From the NCBI GenBank assembly GCA_001816585.1, contig MHCJ01000003.1, positions 586,681 through 650,680 of the forward strand: DNA of 64,000 nt, written 5' to 3'. The DNA is from Candidatus Chisholmbacteria bacterium RIFCSPHIGHO2_01_FULL_52_32. Lineage in GTDB: Bacteria > Patescibacteriota > Microgenomatia > UBA1400 > Chisholmbacteraceae. Under the pieces are notes generated by a model. That model saw only the letters and a program-made list of their open reading frames with translations, had not been told where the DNA came from and did no database searches. Shown here one piece after another: positions 1 to 7,986 of the stretch. Both the position numbers and the translations under genes were made by a program. The first letter of the stretch is position 1. Every line of letters starts with the position of its first letter.

Positions 1-1219
1 AAATATCCCAGCTGCTTCCTACAACTTCCTCCATCCAGACGGCGTAAGCGTAGCCTGATGCGTCAACAGCCACATCGGGGGCAAGTTTGCGACGAGAGAT
101 GTCAGGAGTAACGAGGGTATTCGGACTCCAGGTCTCATCTGCCTCCCTATAAGCAGAGTAGATCTCATAGGGATCAGCAGGGATGGTGCTTCGGTTATCC
201 GCCCAGACCACAACGGCCTCCCCGGAAGGGTTGACAGCAATTGCCGGGAAATCACGGTAGCCATTTTGGGTGTCGTTGACTTGACTGATCGGGTCCCATA
301 CTCCGCTCGCGTTCCGCTTGCGGAAGGCAATCTCCCAGTCCGGAGTGGCTAGTGCCCAAACCACATAGGAATTCGCGGAGGCGTCAATTCCGACATCGGG
401 GTTTTGGCCGAAAGCGGTGGAGACGGGTTCATTGGCACCCCAAGATGCTCCATGTAGGCGATAGGAGAAATAGATCTGCTGGAGTCCATTGCGCAAATCC
501 GTCCAAACCACAGCAGCATTCCCGTCTTGATCGACCGTCAGGGAGGGACCTCGTGTTCCGCTCGTAATCACGGAACTAGAGACATCGTTTACCGGAGTAT
601 CGGATCCCCACCCTCCTCCGCTCGGGCGATAATCGAAGTAGAGGTCTTGATCGTAGGGATCGGGGGTAGGGTTGTGCCTATCATACCAAGTGGCATAGGC
701 ATTTCCCGCAGGATCAACGGCAATATCCGCATAGGGAATGGCTTGGGCATCGGGATCGGTGACCTGTTCCCGAACGAGGGCTTCCGTGGCCCAGCCTCCC
801 CCGGCAGGAAGAAAGACAAACCAGAGTTTCCCAAGGCTTTCCCAAAGCACATAGGCATTCCCTCCTGCGTCCACGGCGATACTCGGTTCGTCGCCGACCG
901 TTAAGGCATCGTTCACCTGTACTTCAGATCCCCACGTTCCACCCGCTGGCCGGTAATCAACGTAGATGTCAAAGTGATTGCTATTTCGCTTATCCATCCA
1001 GACCGCGAAGGCGTTGCCCGCCCCATCAACCGTAACTGAAATTGCCGGATACCATTGGTCGGCAGCACCTGTGTCATCGTTGACCCGGACAGAAGGGCTC
1101 CAGCTAAGGTTCGTTTGTGCGTTGGCTTTGTTGCCGGTTTTGAAGAGTAATAACGGTACGATAGTGACTATGAGAAGCAAACAGAAGAGACACTTTAGCT
1201 TCACAAAATCTTTCTTCAA
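1..1219 (-). CDS. Secreted repeat protein with PD40/TolB-like beta-propeller-type repeats; 3' end runs off the window
   Basis: Manual translation of the minus frame, absent from the ORF track because it is edge-truncated. Start TTG 1219 or GTG 1204 gives signal peptide MKKDFVKLKCLFCLLLIVTIVPLLLF. At least 7 repeats of the ...DxxGNAxxVW.D.RN....IY... motif; open to position 2. Confidence 0.5.
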   Translation of the reverse strand, partial: MKKDFVKLKCLFCLLLIVTIVPLLLFKTGNKANAQTNLSWSPSVRVNDDTGAADQWYPAISVTVDGAGNAFAVWMDKRNSNHFDIYVDYRPAGGTWGSEVQVNDALTVGDEPSIAVDAGGNAYVLWESLGKLWFVFLPAGGGWATEALVREQVTDPDAQAIPYADIAVDPAGNAYATWYDRHNPTPDPYDQDLYFDYRPSGGGWGSDTPVNDVSSSVITSGTRGPSLTVDQDGNAAVVWTDLRNGLQQIYFSYRLHGASWGANEPVSTAFGQNPDVGIDASANSYVVWALATPDWEIAFRKRNASGVWDPISQVNDTQNGYRDFPAIAVNPSGEAVVVWADNRSTIPADPYEIYSAYREADETWSPNTLVTPDISRRKLAPDVAVDASGYAYAVWMEEVVGSSWDI

Positions 1220-1238
1220 TTTATTTCATTTGCTTGTA

Positions 1239-1541
1239 CTATTCTTTATAGATCGGCTTGACGAAGACACCGGGTTTTTGATGGTTGACGGGGATTTTCA
1301 GCGATGCCCCAAGCGCGTTGGCCACAGCGACTCCGACATTGAGATCCGGTGAGGGGCCCGGATTCACCTGGATTTCCGTGAGCTTTTCTTTTGACGTGCC
1401 GGCTTTTTTGAGGACCTCATCGATGAGTTTTAAGACATCCTCGCCGCGGGGGGACCGGATGGATTTGACGAGCTCGGTTGTCTCTATCCTGACAACAATC
1501 CGTTTACTGTCCGTAGTATCTATAAATAAAAGCATAGGCAA
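1239..1541 (-). CDS. TsaB/YeaZ-like N-terminal domain protein (mini-TsaB, 100 aa)
   Basis: MLLFIDTT...LIDEVL...IQVNPGPSPDLNVGVAVANALGASLKIPV aligns to TsaB MRILAIDTAT...MIDEVL...[26 protein letters not shown]. The C-terminal half of canonical TsaB is missing. Confidence 0.45.
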   Translation of the reverse strand: MPMLLFIDTTDSKRIVVRIETTELVKSIRSPRGEDVLKLIDEVLKKAGTSKEKLTEIQVNPGPSPDLNVGVAVANALGASLKIPVNHQKPGVFVKPIYKE

Positions 1542-1592
1542 AGAGATTTTTAGCTTGTCCTCCTTCGCATAAAGCTTCGAAAGGACGCAGTA

Positions 1593-1628
1593 GCTTTTTA
1601 GCTTTTAGTCTTTAGTTTTTAGTCTTAA
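1593..1628 (+). repeat. (TTTAGTC/TTTTAGC)x5 array overlapping the 3' end of the VanZ-like gene
   Basis: agctttttagcttttagtctttagtttttagtcttaagt; encodes C-terminal LRLKTKD-stop. Confidence 0.75.
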
Positions 1629-1949
1629 GTAGGCAATGTACATGCCGAATGCGTCGAAGCCTATGTCGGTGATCTTTGCAGTTCTTCCTGAAACGAATGA
1701 CTGGTGGTATTCATCCGACAGCGCAAACGCAAGACTAAAGAGCAGGGCTGTCCGCCAATTCCCGGGTTGGCCAAGCGCTTTGTAGGTCAGGATAAAAAGC
1801 ACGGTGTATTCAAAAACATGGGCGGCTTTCTTCAAGATAAAATCCCACCAGATGAACCCGACAACCGGAATGGTGGGTAAGGAGGAGAAGGCAAAGATCA
1901 CAGCACACCAGGTGATGACTTTCCAGTATTGCTTTAGGAAGGTTGACAT
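1605..1949 (-). CDS. VanZ-like family membrane protein
   Basis: 3-4 TM helices; SDEYHQSFVSGRTAKITDIGFDAFG matches the VanZ DE.HQ.F.pGR....D...D..G motif. Confidence 0.55.
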   Translation of the reverse strand: MSTFLKQYWKVITWCAVIFAFSSLPTIPVVGFIWWDFILKKAAHVFEYTVLFILTYKALGQPGNWRTALLFSLAFALSDEYHQSFVSGRTAKITDIGFDAFGMYIAYLRLKTKD

Positions 1950-1962
1950 ACGATAGTGCAGA

Positions 1963-1995
1963 TTAATGATTTACGATTCATGATTTACGAATTAA
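1963..1995 (+). repeat. Tandem ATGATTTACGA(ATTC) x2 in the VanZ-like gene 5' region
   Basis: taatgatttacgattcatgatttacgaattaag. Confidence 0.7.
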
Positions 1996-2025
1996 GAGCT
2001 AACCATTCCTATTATATCGCGGTTT

Positions 2026-2940
2026 TTAGATCTCTTCTTCAGAAGTTTCGTTCCGCTTGTTTTTCCTGCGGAGGCCGCGGAATCTCTCCCGAAGGAACGG
2101 CAATGCGGCTCCGGCAAGAAGGAGCAGTCCTGCGAGACTGATGACGATGGGGGCGGTATATTGGGAAGCTACTTTTTTTTCCTGTTCGGTTTTTTCTTGC
2201 GATTCTTTTTTGTCTTCGGCTTCCGGTTGCGTTGAAAGAGAAATCTCCGTTGCCGCCACAGAGCTGTCCTCATCCTCCGATTCGCCTAAGACTTCGGGCT
2301 TTGGGGTCGGCGAGGGTGCCGGTTTGGTCGTGGGTTTTGCGGTAGGTTTCGGTGTTGGGGACGGTGCTTGGGTAGGCGTCTTGGTTGGGGTCGGTTCTTG
2401 GGTTGGTTCGGGGACATCGGTTGGTTCCGGAGTGGGAGTTGGCAAAACGTTCGCTGACCCCTCCGTGGGGCTCAATTCCTGAGCAGAGATATCTCCACCG
2501 TCCGGAATTCTTCCCCATGTTTTTCCTTCGCTTGAACTGCTATAGGAAAACGTATCAACAACGGTCTCCTGGCTGAGGAGTTGAATCGCTTCATCTCCAT
2601 CATTGTTCAGGGAAAACGTCGTGTGGCCGCTGCGGTGGATGACTAGCCATCCCCCATCTGAGAGTATGGTTTCTCCGTCGGTATGTATAGCGTCAATCGT
2701 CAATTCATTTCCCGCTGCATCTTTGAGGACGTACCCGTTGACGTCGAGATCTTGACCGGTTGGGTTGTAGAGCTCCAACCATTCCCCTATTTTGTCCTCG
2801 CCCTCGGGGTTCGGAAGTACCTCGTTAATGACAATTTGGGCGAATACCCGGGAAGGCAATGCAAGAAGAACAACCGTAGCAAAGAAACCCAAGGTGAGAA
2901 CTTCATGTCTCACGTTATTCCTTTTAAAGATAATCCACAT
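2026..2940 (-). CDS. Surface protein: signal peptide, lamin-tail domain (LTD), Pro/Thr-rich linker, C-terminal TM anchor
   Basis: Internal start MWIIFKRN... gives a signal peptide. INEVLPNPEGEDKIGEWLELYNPTGQDLDVNGYVLKD is LTD-like. A PTPTPEPT...KPTTKP linker follows, then C-terminal hydrophobic helix + RERFRGLRRKNKR. Confidence 0.55.
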   Translation of the reverse strand: MWIIFKRNNVRHEVLTLGFFATVVLLALPSRVFAQIVINEVLPNPEGEDKIGEWLELYNPTGQDLDVNGYVLKDAAGNELTIDAIHTDGETILSDGGWLVIHRSGHTTFSLNNDGDEAIQLLSQETVVDTFSYSSSSEGKTWGRIPDGGDISAQELSPTEGSANVLPTPTPEPTDVPEPTQEPTPTKTPTQAPSPTPKPTAKPTTKPAPSPTPKPEVLGESEDEDSSVAATEISLSTQPEAEDKKESQEKTEQEKKVASQYTAPIVISLAGLLLLAGAALPFLRERFRGLRRKNKRNETSEEEI

Positions 2941-4165
2941 GGAGGTAGTAGGTATCGATGTCTGAGTCGCTGTGGTCAACTTTGACGTAGCGGAGGGTAC
3001 AGCCGCTCGCTCCAACATACGAACCACGGAAGAGCTTCCCCGCTTTGGTTGATTTCACCGTCAGCGAACTATTATAAATGTCGAGGCCGTTATGAAACCG
3101 ATAGATACTTCCTACCCAGGTGTTGCGTACCGCCCAAGTTTCGCCGTACCCCTGAGAAAACTTCACCGGAGTATCAACGGGCCAGTTCCAATCACCCGAA
3201 GGACTGAACGAGTCGCCATCGGTGCTTCCGCAGGATGAGCCGGAACAGTTCTCGTGATCGACTGACTTTAAGTAATTGAATGGGTTCTCAACGGAGTTCC
3301 CTTTCACTGCAGTAAAGTGGAGATGCGGGCCGTTTGAGTTGCAGGAAGCGCCCGAGATCATCCGCGCGATCGTTTGTCCCTCACTGACATTCCCGACCTC
3401 CGTTTCCGTCCCACCTCCGGCAAGGACATTCTGGATCGCCTCAAACTCCGCCCTGGCGCGGGCCAAAAGATCCTGGTATCTCTTCTCATCATTCTTCGTT
3501 TCTTCCAAAACCTTTTTCTTCCCCGCTTGTTGTTCGGCAAGTTTTCCTTTTTGGCCAATCAGGTCTGTCTTCAAACCCAGTACTTCCTCCTGTTTCTCTT
3601 CCTTCAAGATTTTCTGTTGGTCGAGTGTGGCGCGTTCCTGTTCGAGCTCGAACATGATTTTCCGGTCGTTTGTCTGTGCCGCCCGAAGATACTTGTACCG
3701 ATTGATGAAATCCGAAAACCCATCAGATGACACGAGGAGGAATAAGGGCTGGAGTTTTACCTGTTTGTAGGTTGCCGCGATTCTCTTTAGGAGAACTTGC
3801 GTTGTTTCTTCAAGCGAAGTATCCAAAATCGCGATTTTTGCCGTGAGGAGCTCAATCTCTTTCTCCAATTGTTCAATTTGATAGATCGTCTGGTTGATTT
3901 TGCTTTGGGTGAGTGCAATTTGACTGTTTAAATAATTGACTGCGCTCTGGAGGGTAGTTTTTTTTGAGGTGGTTTCGGCAAGCTTTGCCTCGCACGCCTG
4001 CCGTACTTCCTGAAGGCATGAAAGTCTCTCACTTTCCGACCGGTCAGAACAGCTGTCCTCGCACGATACCGATAGCGCGCTTCCGGGAAAGAACGTTACC
4101 GCGACTATCAGGAAGAGGACAACAGGAAAGGCCATCACCCACACACCGAGCTTTTTCATAGCCAT
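2924..4165 (-). CDS. M23 family metallopeptidase with N-terminal coiled-coil (EnvC/PcsB-like FtsEX-associated hydrolase activator)
   Basis: About 230 aa of heptad-rich coiled coil, then an M23 LytM domain (GPHLHF...HNGLDI, HxxxD/HxH motifs). Directly downstream of ftsE-ftsX. Confidence 0.75.
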   Translation of the reverse strand: MAMKKLGVWVMAFPVVLFLIVAVTFFPGSALSVSCEDSCSDRSESERLSCLQEVRQACEAKLAETTSKKTTLQSAVNYLNSQIALTQSKINQTIYQIEQLEKEIELLTAKIAILDTSLEETTQVLLKRIAATYKQVKLQPLFLLVSSDGFSDFINRYKYLRAAQTNDRKIMFELEQERATLDQQKILKEEKQEEVLGLKTDLIGQKGKLAEQQAGKKKVLEETKNDEKRYQDLLARARAEFEAIQNVLAGGGTETEVGNVSEGQTIARMISGASCNSNGPHLHFTAVKGNSVENPFNYLKSVDHENCSGSSCGSTDGDSFSPSGDWNWPVDTPVKFSQGYGETWAVRNTWVGSIYRFHNGLDIYNSSLTVKSTKAGKLFRGSYVGASGCTLRYVKVDHSDSDIDTYYLHVDYL

Positions 4166-4204
4166 ATTCAGTCTAGCGAAACTGAACTCATTTTCAAATG
4201 GAAG

Positions 4205-5074
4205 CTATCGGATGAATCTTCTTGCTGCAAGGAGGCTTGCTATACTACCGATGACCGTCCCGAAGATGAGCATCCCCAAGAGAAGTACAAACATGAAGAG
4301 GAACGGCACCGGAAGAAGCGGGATGTCCCCTAAGAACGAAACGAGAAACGGCGTTGAATAGAGAAGGACAAGGTAGGCAGCGCCCCAAGCAAAAAAGGCC
4401 CCCAATACCCCATAGCTTACCCCTTCAACCAAAAAGGGTCCGAGAATATACCATTGGGTTGCTCCCAGCAACCGCAGGATTTCGATCTCGGTCCGGCGGG
4501 CTGAAATCCTAAGACCGATGATGATGAGGATAATGAGAATTGAGGTTAATGCCAGGAAACCAACGAGGGCGATGCCTGAGATACGGATAGCCCTTGTCCA
4601 ACTCGTCAAGGCTGTGATGACGTCCTCCTGATAAACCACCTCTTCTACCCCCGGCTGACCGGTTACTGCCGAAGCAATTTCCCGGAAATAGGTTACATCG
4701 GATGCAGAAATCTCCAAACTCGCGGGAAGGATATCGGCCGTAACCATTTCAAGAAGGAGAGGGTCATCCTGGTTCTCCTTCCGGTATATTGAAAGGGCCT
4801 CATCTTTTGAGATGAACTTCGTCTCAGAAACCCCCGGCGTTTGGCTCAATTTCTCCTGCACTTTCTGAATTTGGTCATCCGCGGCGTCGTCCTTGAAAAA
4901 GACGGTTACCTGAGGGCGCGTTTCAAAATAATGAAGGATTTGCTCGGACCCTGCCATCACCAGGAAGTAGAGCGCGGCAATAAAAAAGGTTAAGGTCAGC
5001 ACCACAATTGCGGCGAGCGCCTGGTACGGCGTCCGTCTCATGTGTTTATAGGCAGTGGTTAGGCTTTTTTTCAT
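4205..5074 (-). CDS. ftsX: Cell division permease FtsX
   Basis: 4 TM helices plus a periplasmic loop, typical FtsX N-terminus; 4-nt overlap with the upstream ftsE. Confidence 0.8.
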   Translation of the reverse strand: MKKSLTTAYKHMRRTPYQALAAIVVLTLTFFIAALYFLVMAGSEQILHYFETRPQVTVFFKDDAADDQIQKVQEKLSQTPGVSETKFISKDEALSIYRKENQDDPLLLEMVTADILPASLEISASDVTYFREIASAVTGQPGVEEVVYQEDVITALTSWTRAIRISGIALVGFLALTSILIILIIIGLRISARRTEIEILRLLGATQWYILGPFLVEGVSYGVLGAFFAWGAAYLVLLYSTPFLVSFLGDIPLLPVPFLFMFVLLLGMLIFGTVIGSIASLLAARRFIR

Positions 5075-5865
5075 TCTTCCCGCGCCTTTCCGGCCTTCGT
5101 CTCTTGCGTTTCCTCTTTATGCTTGTCTTCCTTGCTGTCGTCCTCTGTCTTCTTCTCTCCCGTCTTTTCTTTGTGTGTCTTGGCTTCTTTGGTGTCCCTG
5201 ACGATCCTGCCTTTCTCGAGCTCTATGATCCGTTTCTTGAGGGCATTGACAATCTCCTCGCTGTGGGTTGCCACCATAACCGTTGTTCCCGCCTGATTAA
5301 TTTTTTGGAGCAATTTAATGATTTCCCATCCGCTGATCGGGTCAAGGTTCCCGGTCGGCTCATCCGCAAAAAGGATCTTCGGATTGGTGGTAAGCGCCCG
5401 TGCGATCGCCGTCCGTTGGAGTTCCCCTCCGGATAATTGGGTCGGGAAAAGATCGGCCTTTTCTTTCAGGCCAACGGTTGCCAGGATTTCTTCAACCTGC
5501 GTTGCGATCTCTTCGTTGGTCCGTTTCAACATCTCCGAGACCATCGCCACATTTTCTTTGACCGTGTGATCCTCAAGAAGCTTGTAATCCTGAAAGATTG
5601 CTCCTATCTGGCGTCTGAGGGCTGGCAATTTGTTTTTTTTAAGCAGTGAAATGTCTTCACCCTCGATGCGGACGATTCCCGAGGTTGGCTTTATTTCCGA
5701 GAGCAGGAGACGGAGGATCGTTGTTTTCCCGGCTCCTGAAGGACCAATGAAAAACACGAACTCTCCTTTATCGATCGTGAAGGTCACGTCTTCGAGGGCA
5801 ACGGTCCGGTTGGGAAACGCTTTGGTGATGTTTTCGAAGACAATCATGGCTGTGGATAATCCCAC
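5071..5865 (-). CDS. ftsE: Cell division ATP-binding protein FtsE (with Lys/Glu-rich C-terminal tail)
   Basis: Walker A GPSGAGKTT, ABC signature LSGGELQR, Walker B ILFADEPTGNLD. Confidence 0.85.
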   Translation of the reverse strand: MGLSTAMIVFENITKAFPNRTVALEDVTFTIDKGEFVFFIGPSGAGKTTILRLLLSEIKPTSGIVRIEGEDISLLKKNKLPALRRQIGAIFQDYKLLEDHTVKENVAMVSEMLKRTNEEIATQVEEILATVGLKEKADLFPTQLSGGELQRTAIARALTTNPKILFADEPTGNLDPISGWEIIKLLQKINQAGTTVMVATHSEEIVNALKKRIIELEKGRIVRDTKEAKTHKEKTGEKKTEDDSKEDKHKEETQETKAGKAREE

Positions 5866-5918
5866 ACCAAAACCCGGTTATTCAGACCCGAAGTGTTTTG
5901 GGGTAGGACTGACGATTG

Positions 5919-6467
5919 CTATTCTTCTTCAGGAGGATTCGGGTCTTGGGCATTTAGCTCAAGGATTTCCACTCGACCGACATCCATGAGCCAGCCTGCT
6001 GTCTGTGCGGAAAAGGTTTCCCCCCAAAGCTTCACCTTATGGTTTACGAATCGCTCAAGATCAACAACCGAAGAGGTGAGGTAGACGTTTTGCGATTCTC
6101 CTCCGGTCCGAGACAGATGGTGGGAACCTTCTCCGTCGATACCGCCCCTTATAAGCACTCCTTCTACCTCGTCCCGGAAGGTCTTCTCATCGGGATTCCC
6201 AAAGACGTCTCCGACTTTCAGGCCTTCCTTGCCTATGGTTTCCGTTGATTTGAGGGATTTGGACTTTCCCAGGCTCGTTGAGAGAACGTAACCCGTTCCC
6301 ACCCCTGCTATAAGGATCGCCAAGACGATGAGGGCGGTTTTCAGGATCGGACCTTTTCCCTCCTTCGGAGGCTCTTTGATGAGAATCGAGGCTTGCCTTT
6401 TTTCCGGCGTCTCCGCCATGGGCGGCTTGGCGACTGTTTCTGGTTGAGGCGGCGGTTGATCGGGCAT
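5919..6467 (-). CDS. Hypothetical membrane-anchored protein (Pro-rich N-terminus, single TM)
   Basis: ORF with a TM segment LKTALIVLAILIAGVGTGYVL; no recognisable domain. Confidence 0.4.
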   Translation of the reverse strand: MPDQPPPQPETVAKPPMAETPEKRQASILIKEPPKEGKGPILKTALIVLAILIAGVGTGYVLSTSLGKSKSLKSTETIGKEGLKVGDVFGNPDEKTFRDEVEGVLIRGGIDGEGSHHLSRTGGESQNVYLTSSVVDLERFVNHKVKLWGETFSAQTAGWLMDVGRVEILELNAQDPNPPEEE

Positions 6468-6608
6468 GTATCAAGTTAAAAATTAAAAGTTAAAAGTTTA
6501 AAATTACAATTTCAAGTTTAAAGTTAAGAACATCATTTTGAATTTAAAACTGCAACTTTTCACTTTTCACTTTACACTTTGAACTGCTTCTCTACTATAC
6601 CATAGCCT
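6468..6608 (+). repeat. AT-rich (~20% GC) intergenic block with AAAAGTT and TTTTCAC tandem units
   Basis: aaaagttaaaagtttaaaa...ttttcacttttcactttacacttt. Confidence 0.7.
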
Positions 6609-7712
6609 CTATTTCCGAGACAATTGACGGACCTCGGCGTCCACAAAAGCATCCAACTTTCCATCAAGAACCGCTTCTGTTGCGGAGGTTTCGATATCGG
6701 TGCGAAGGTCTTTTACCATGTGATATGGGTGTAATACGTAGGAGCGAATCTGATTTCCCCAACCAGCGATCTTGTGTTCTCCCTTCAAACGCTTCAGTTC
6801 TGTCTCATGTTCTTTGTCTTTTCGCTCCCAAAGCTTTGCGGCAAGAAGTTCGAGGGCCAGCTTTCTGTTCTGTTCCTGATACCGCTGTGATTGACATTCG
6901 ACGGTAATACCTGTCGGGATATGTTTGAGGCGTACGGCCGTTGAAACCTTGTTGACATTCTGCCCACCGTGGCCTGATGAACGAAAGGCTTGGAACTCGA
7001 TGTCATCGTCGCGGAGTTGAACGTCTTCGGGCTTTTCGATATGGGGCATCACCTCTACCAGGGCAAATGAGGTTTGGCGGAGTTGATCGGCATTAAACGG
7101 ACTCTGGCGGACCAGACGGTGAACCCCTGCTTCCCCTTTCAAAAAGCCGTAAGCAAGGCGTCCATGAGCAAAAATGGTTGCGGATTTGATGCCGGCCTCT
7201 TCCCCCGGAATTTCCGTCACGAGCTGCCATTTCCACCCCGAGCGTTCCGCAAAGCGTGTGTACATCCGTAAAAGCATTGATGCCCAATCCATTGCCTCGG
7301 TTCCCCCTTGGCCTGCATGGATCGAAAGGATCGCCGAATCTCCATCATGCGGCCCCGAGAGAAAGGTGCGAAGCTCGAGGCTTTTCAATTTTTCCTCAAG
7401 TTTCCCCGTTCCCTCTTCAAGCTCTTTCGCCATTTCAGCGTCCTGGCTCTTTTCTGCGAGAAAAAGGTCGAGAAACTTGACTGTTTCATCCGTTTCTTTT
7501 TCGAGTGCTTCGATCGCTTCGATGGTTTCCTTACGCTTGTTAATTTCCTGCATGACTTTTTTTGCTTCGGCTTCGTCTCTCCAGAAATCCGGCTTTATCG
7601 ATCGCCCTTCGAGCTCACGCAGATTGGTCCGCATTTCATCAAGGTTGAGTCTTTCAGCGATTTCCCTGAGGTTGGTTTGTACTTTGGTCAATCTTTCGTG
7701 GAGGGGTTCCAT
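6609..7712 (-). CDS. prfB: Peptide chain release factor 2 (no programmed frameshift)
   Basis: SPF motif (RQSPFNA) and GGQ motif ([11 protein letters not shown]); contiguous 367-aa ORF. Confidence 0.9.
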   Translation of the reverse strand: MEPLHERLTKVQTNLREIAERLNLDEMRTNLRELEGRSIKPDFWRDEAEAKKVMQEINKRKETIEAIEALEKETDETVKFLDLFLAEKSQDAEMAKELEEGTGKLEEKLKSLELRTFLSGPHDGDSAILSIHAGQGGTEAMDWASMLLRMYTRFAERSGWKWQLVTEIPGEEAGIKSATIFAHGRLAYGFLKGEAGVHRLVRQSPFNADQLRQTSFALVEVMPHIEKPEDVQLRDDDIEFQAFRSSGHGGQNVNKVSTAVRLKHIPTGITVECQSQRYQEQNRKLALELLAAKLWERKDKEHETELKRLKGEHKIAGWGNQIRSYVLHPYHMVKDLRTDIETSATEAVLDGKLDAFVDAEVRQLSRK

Positions 7713-7725
7713 AGGGATAGGAATA

Positions 7726-7751
7726 GGGTTTAGGGTTTAGGGTTTAGGGTT
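7726..7751 (+). repeat. (GGGTTTA)x3.7 telomere-like heptamer array abutting the prfB start
   Basis: Read directly. Junction CATAGGGATAGGAATA places the array <15 nt from the prfB ATG; a further unit at 7827-7836. Confidence 0.9.
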
Positions 7752-7986
7752 CCCGCCATTCGTTTCGCGATCTTCGGCAGACTGCCTATTCGGCCGTTTC
7801 CGAATTCGGAAACTTCGGCGGGCAGGTAGGGTTTAGGGATAAAGTAAAATGTTTAATGTTTAATGTTTAAGATATCAGATTTGAAAATATAGAATTAAGA
7901 ATAAAGACCAAACATGTTTGGATGGGTTGGCACCTTCCTTGATAGCACCTTATTATACCTTGTGAAGTCTTTATATCTTCGGAGGG

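Noticed and set aside
6609-7712. Search for the +1 programmed frameshift (CTT TGA C) typical of prfB
   Set aside because: The full N-terminal region, including residues 1-30, is encoded in one continuous frame; no shift site seen.
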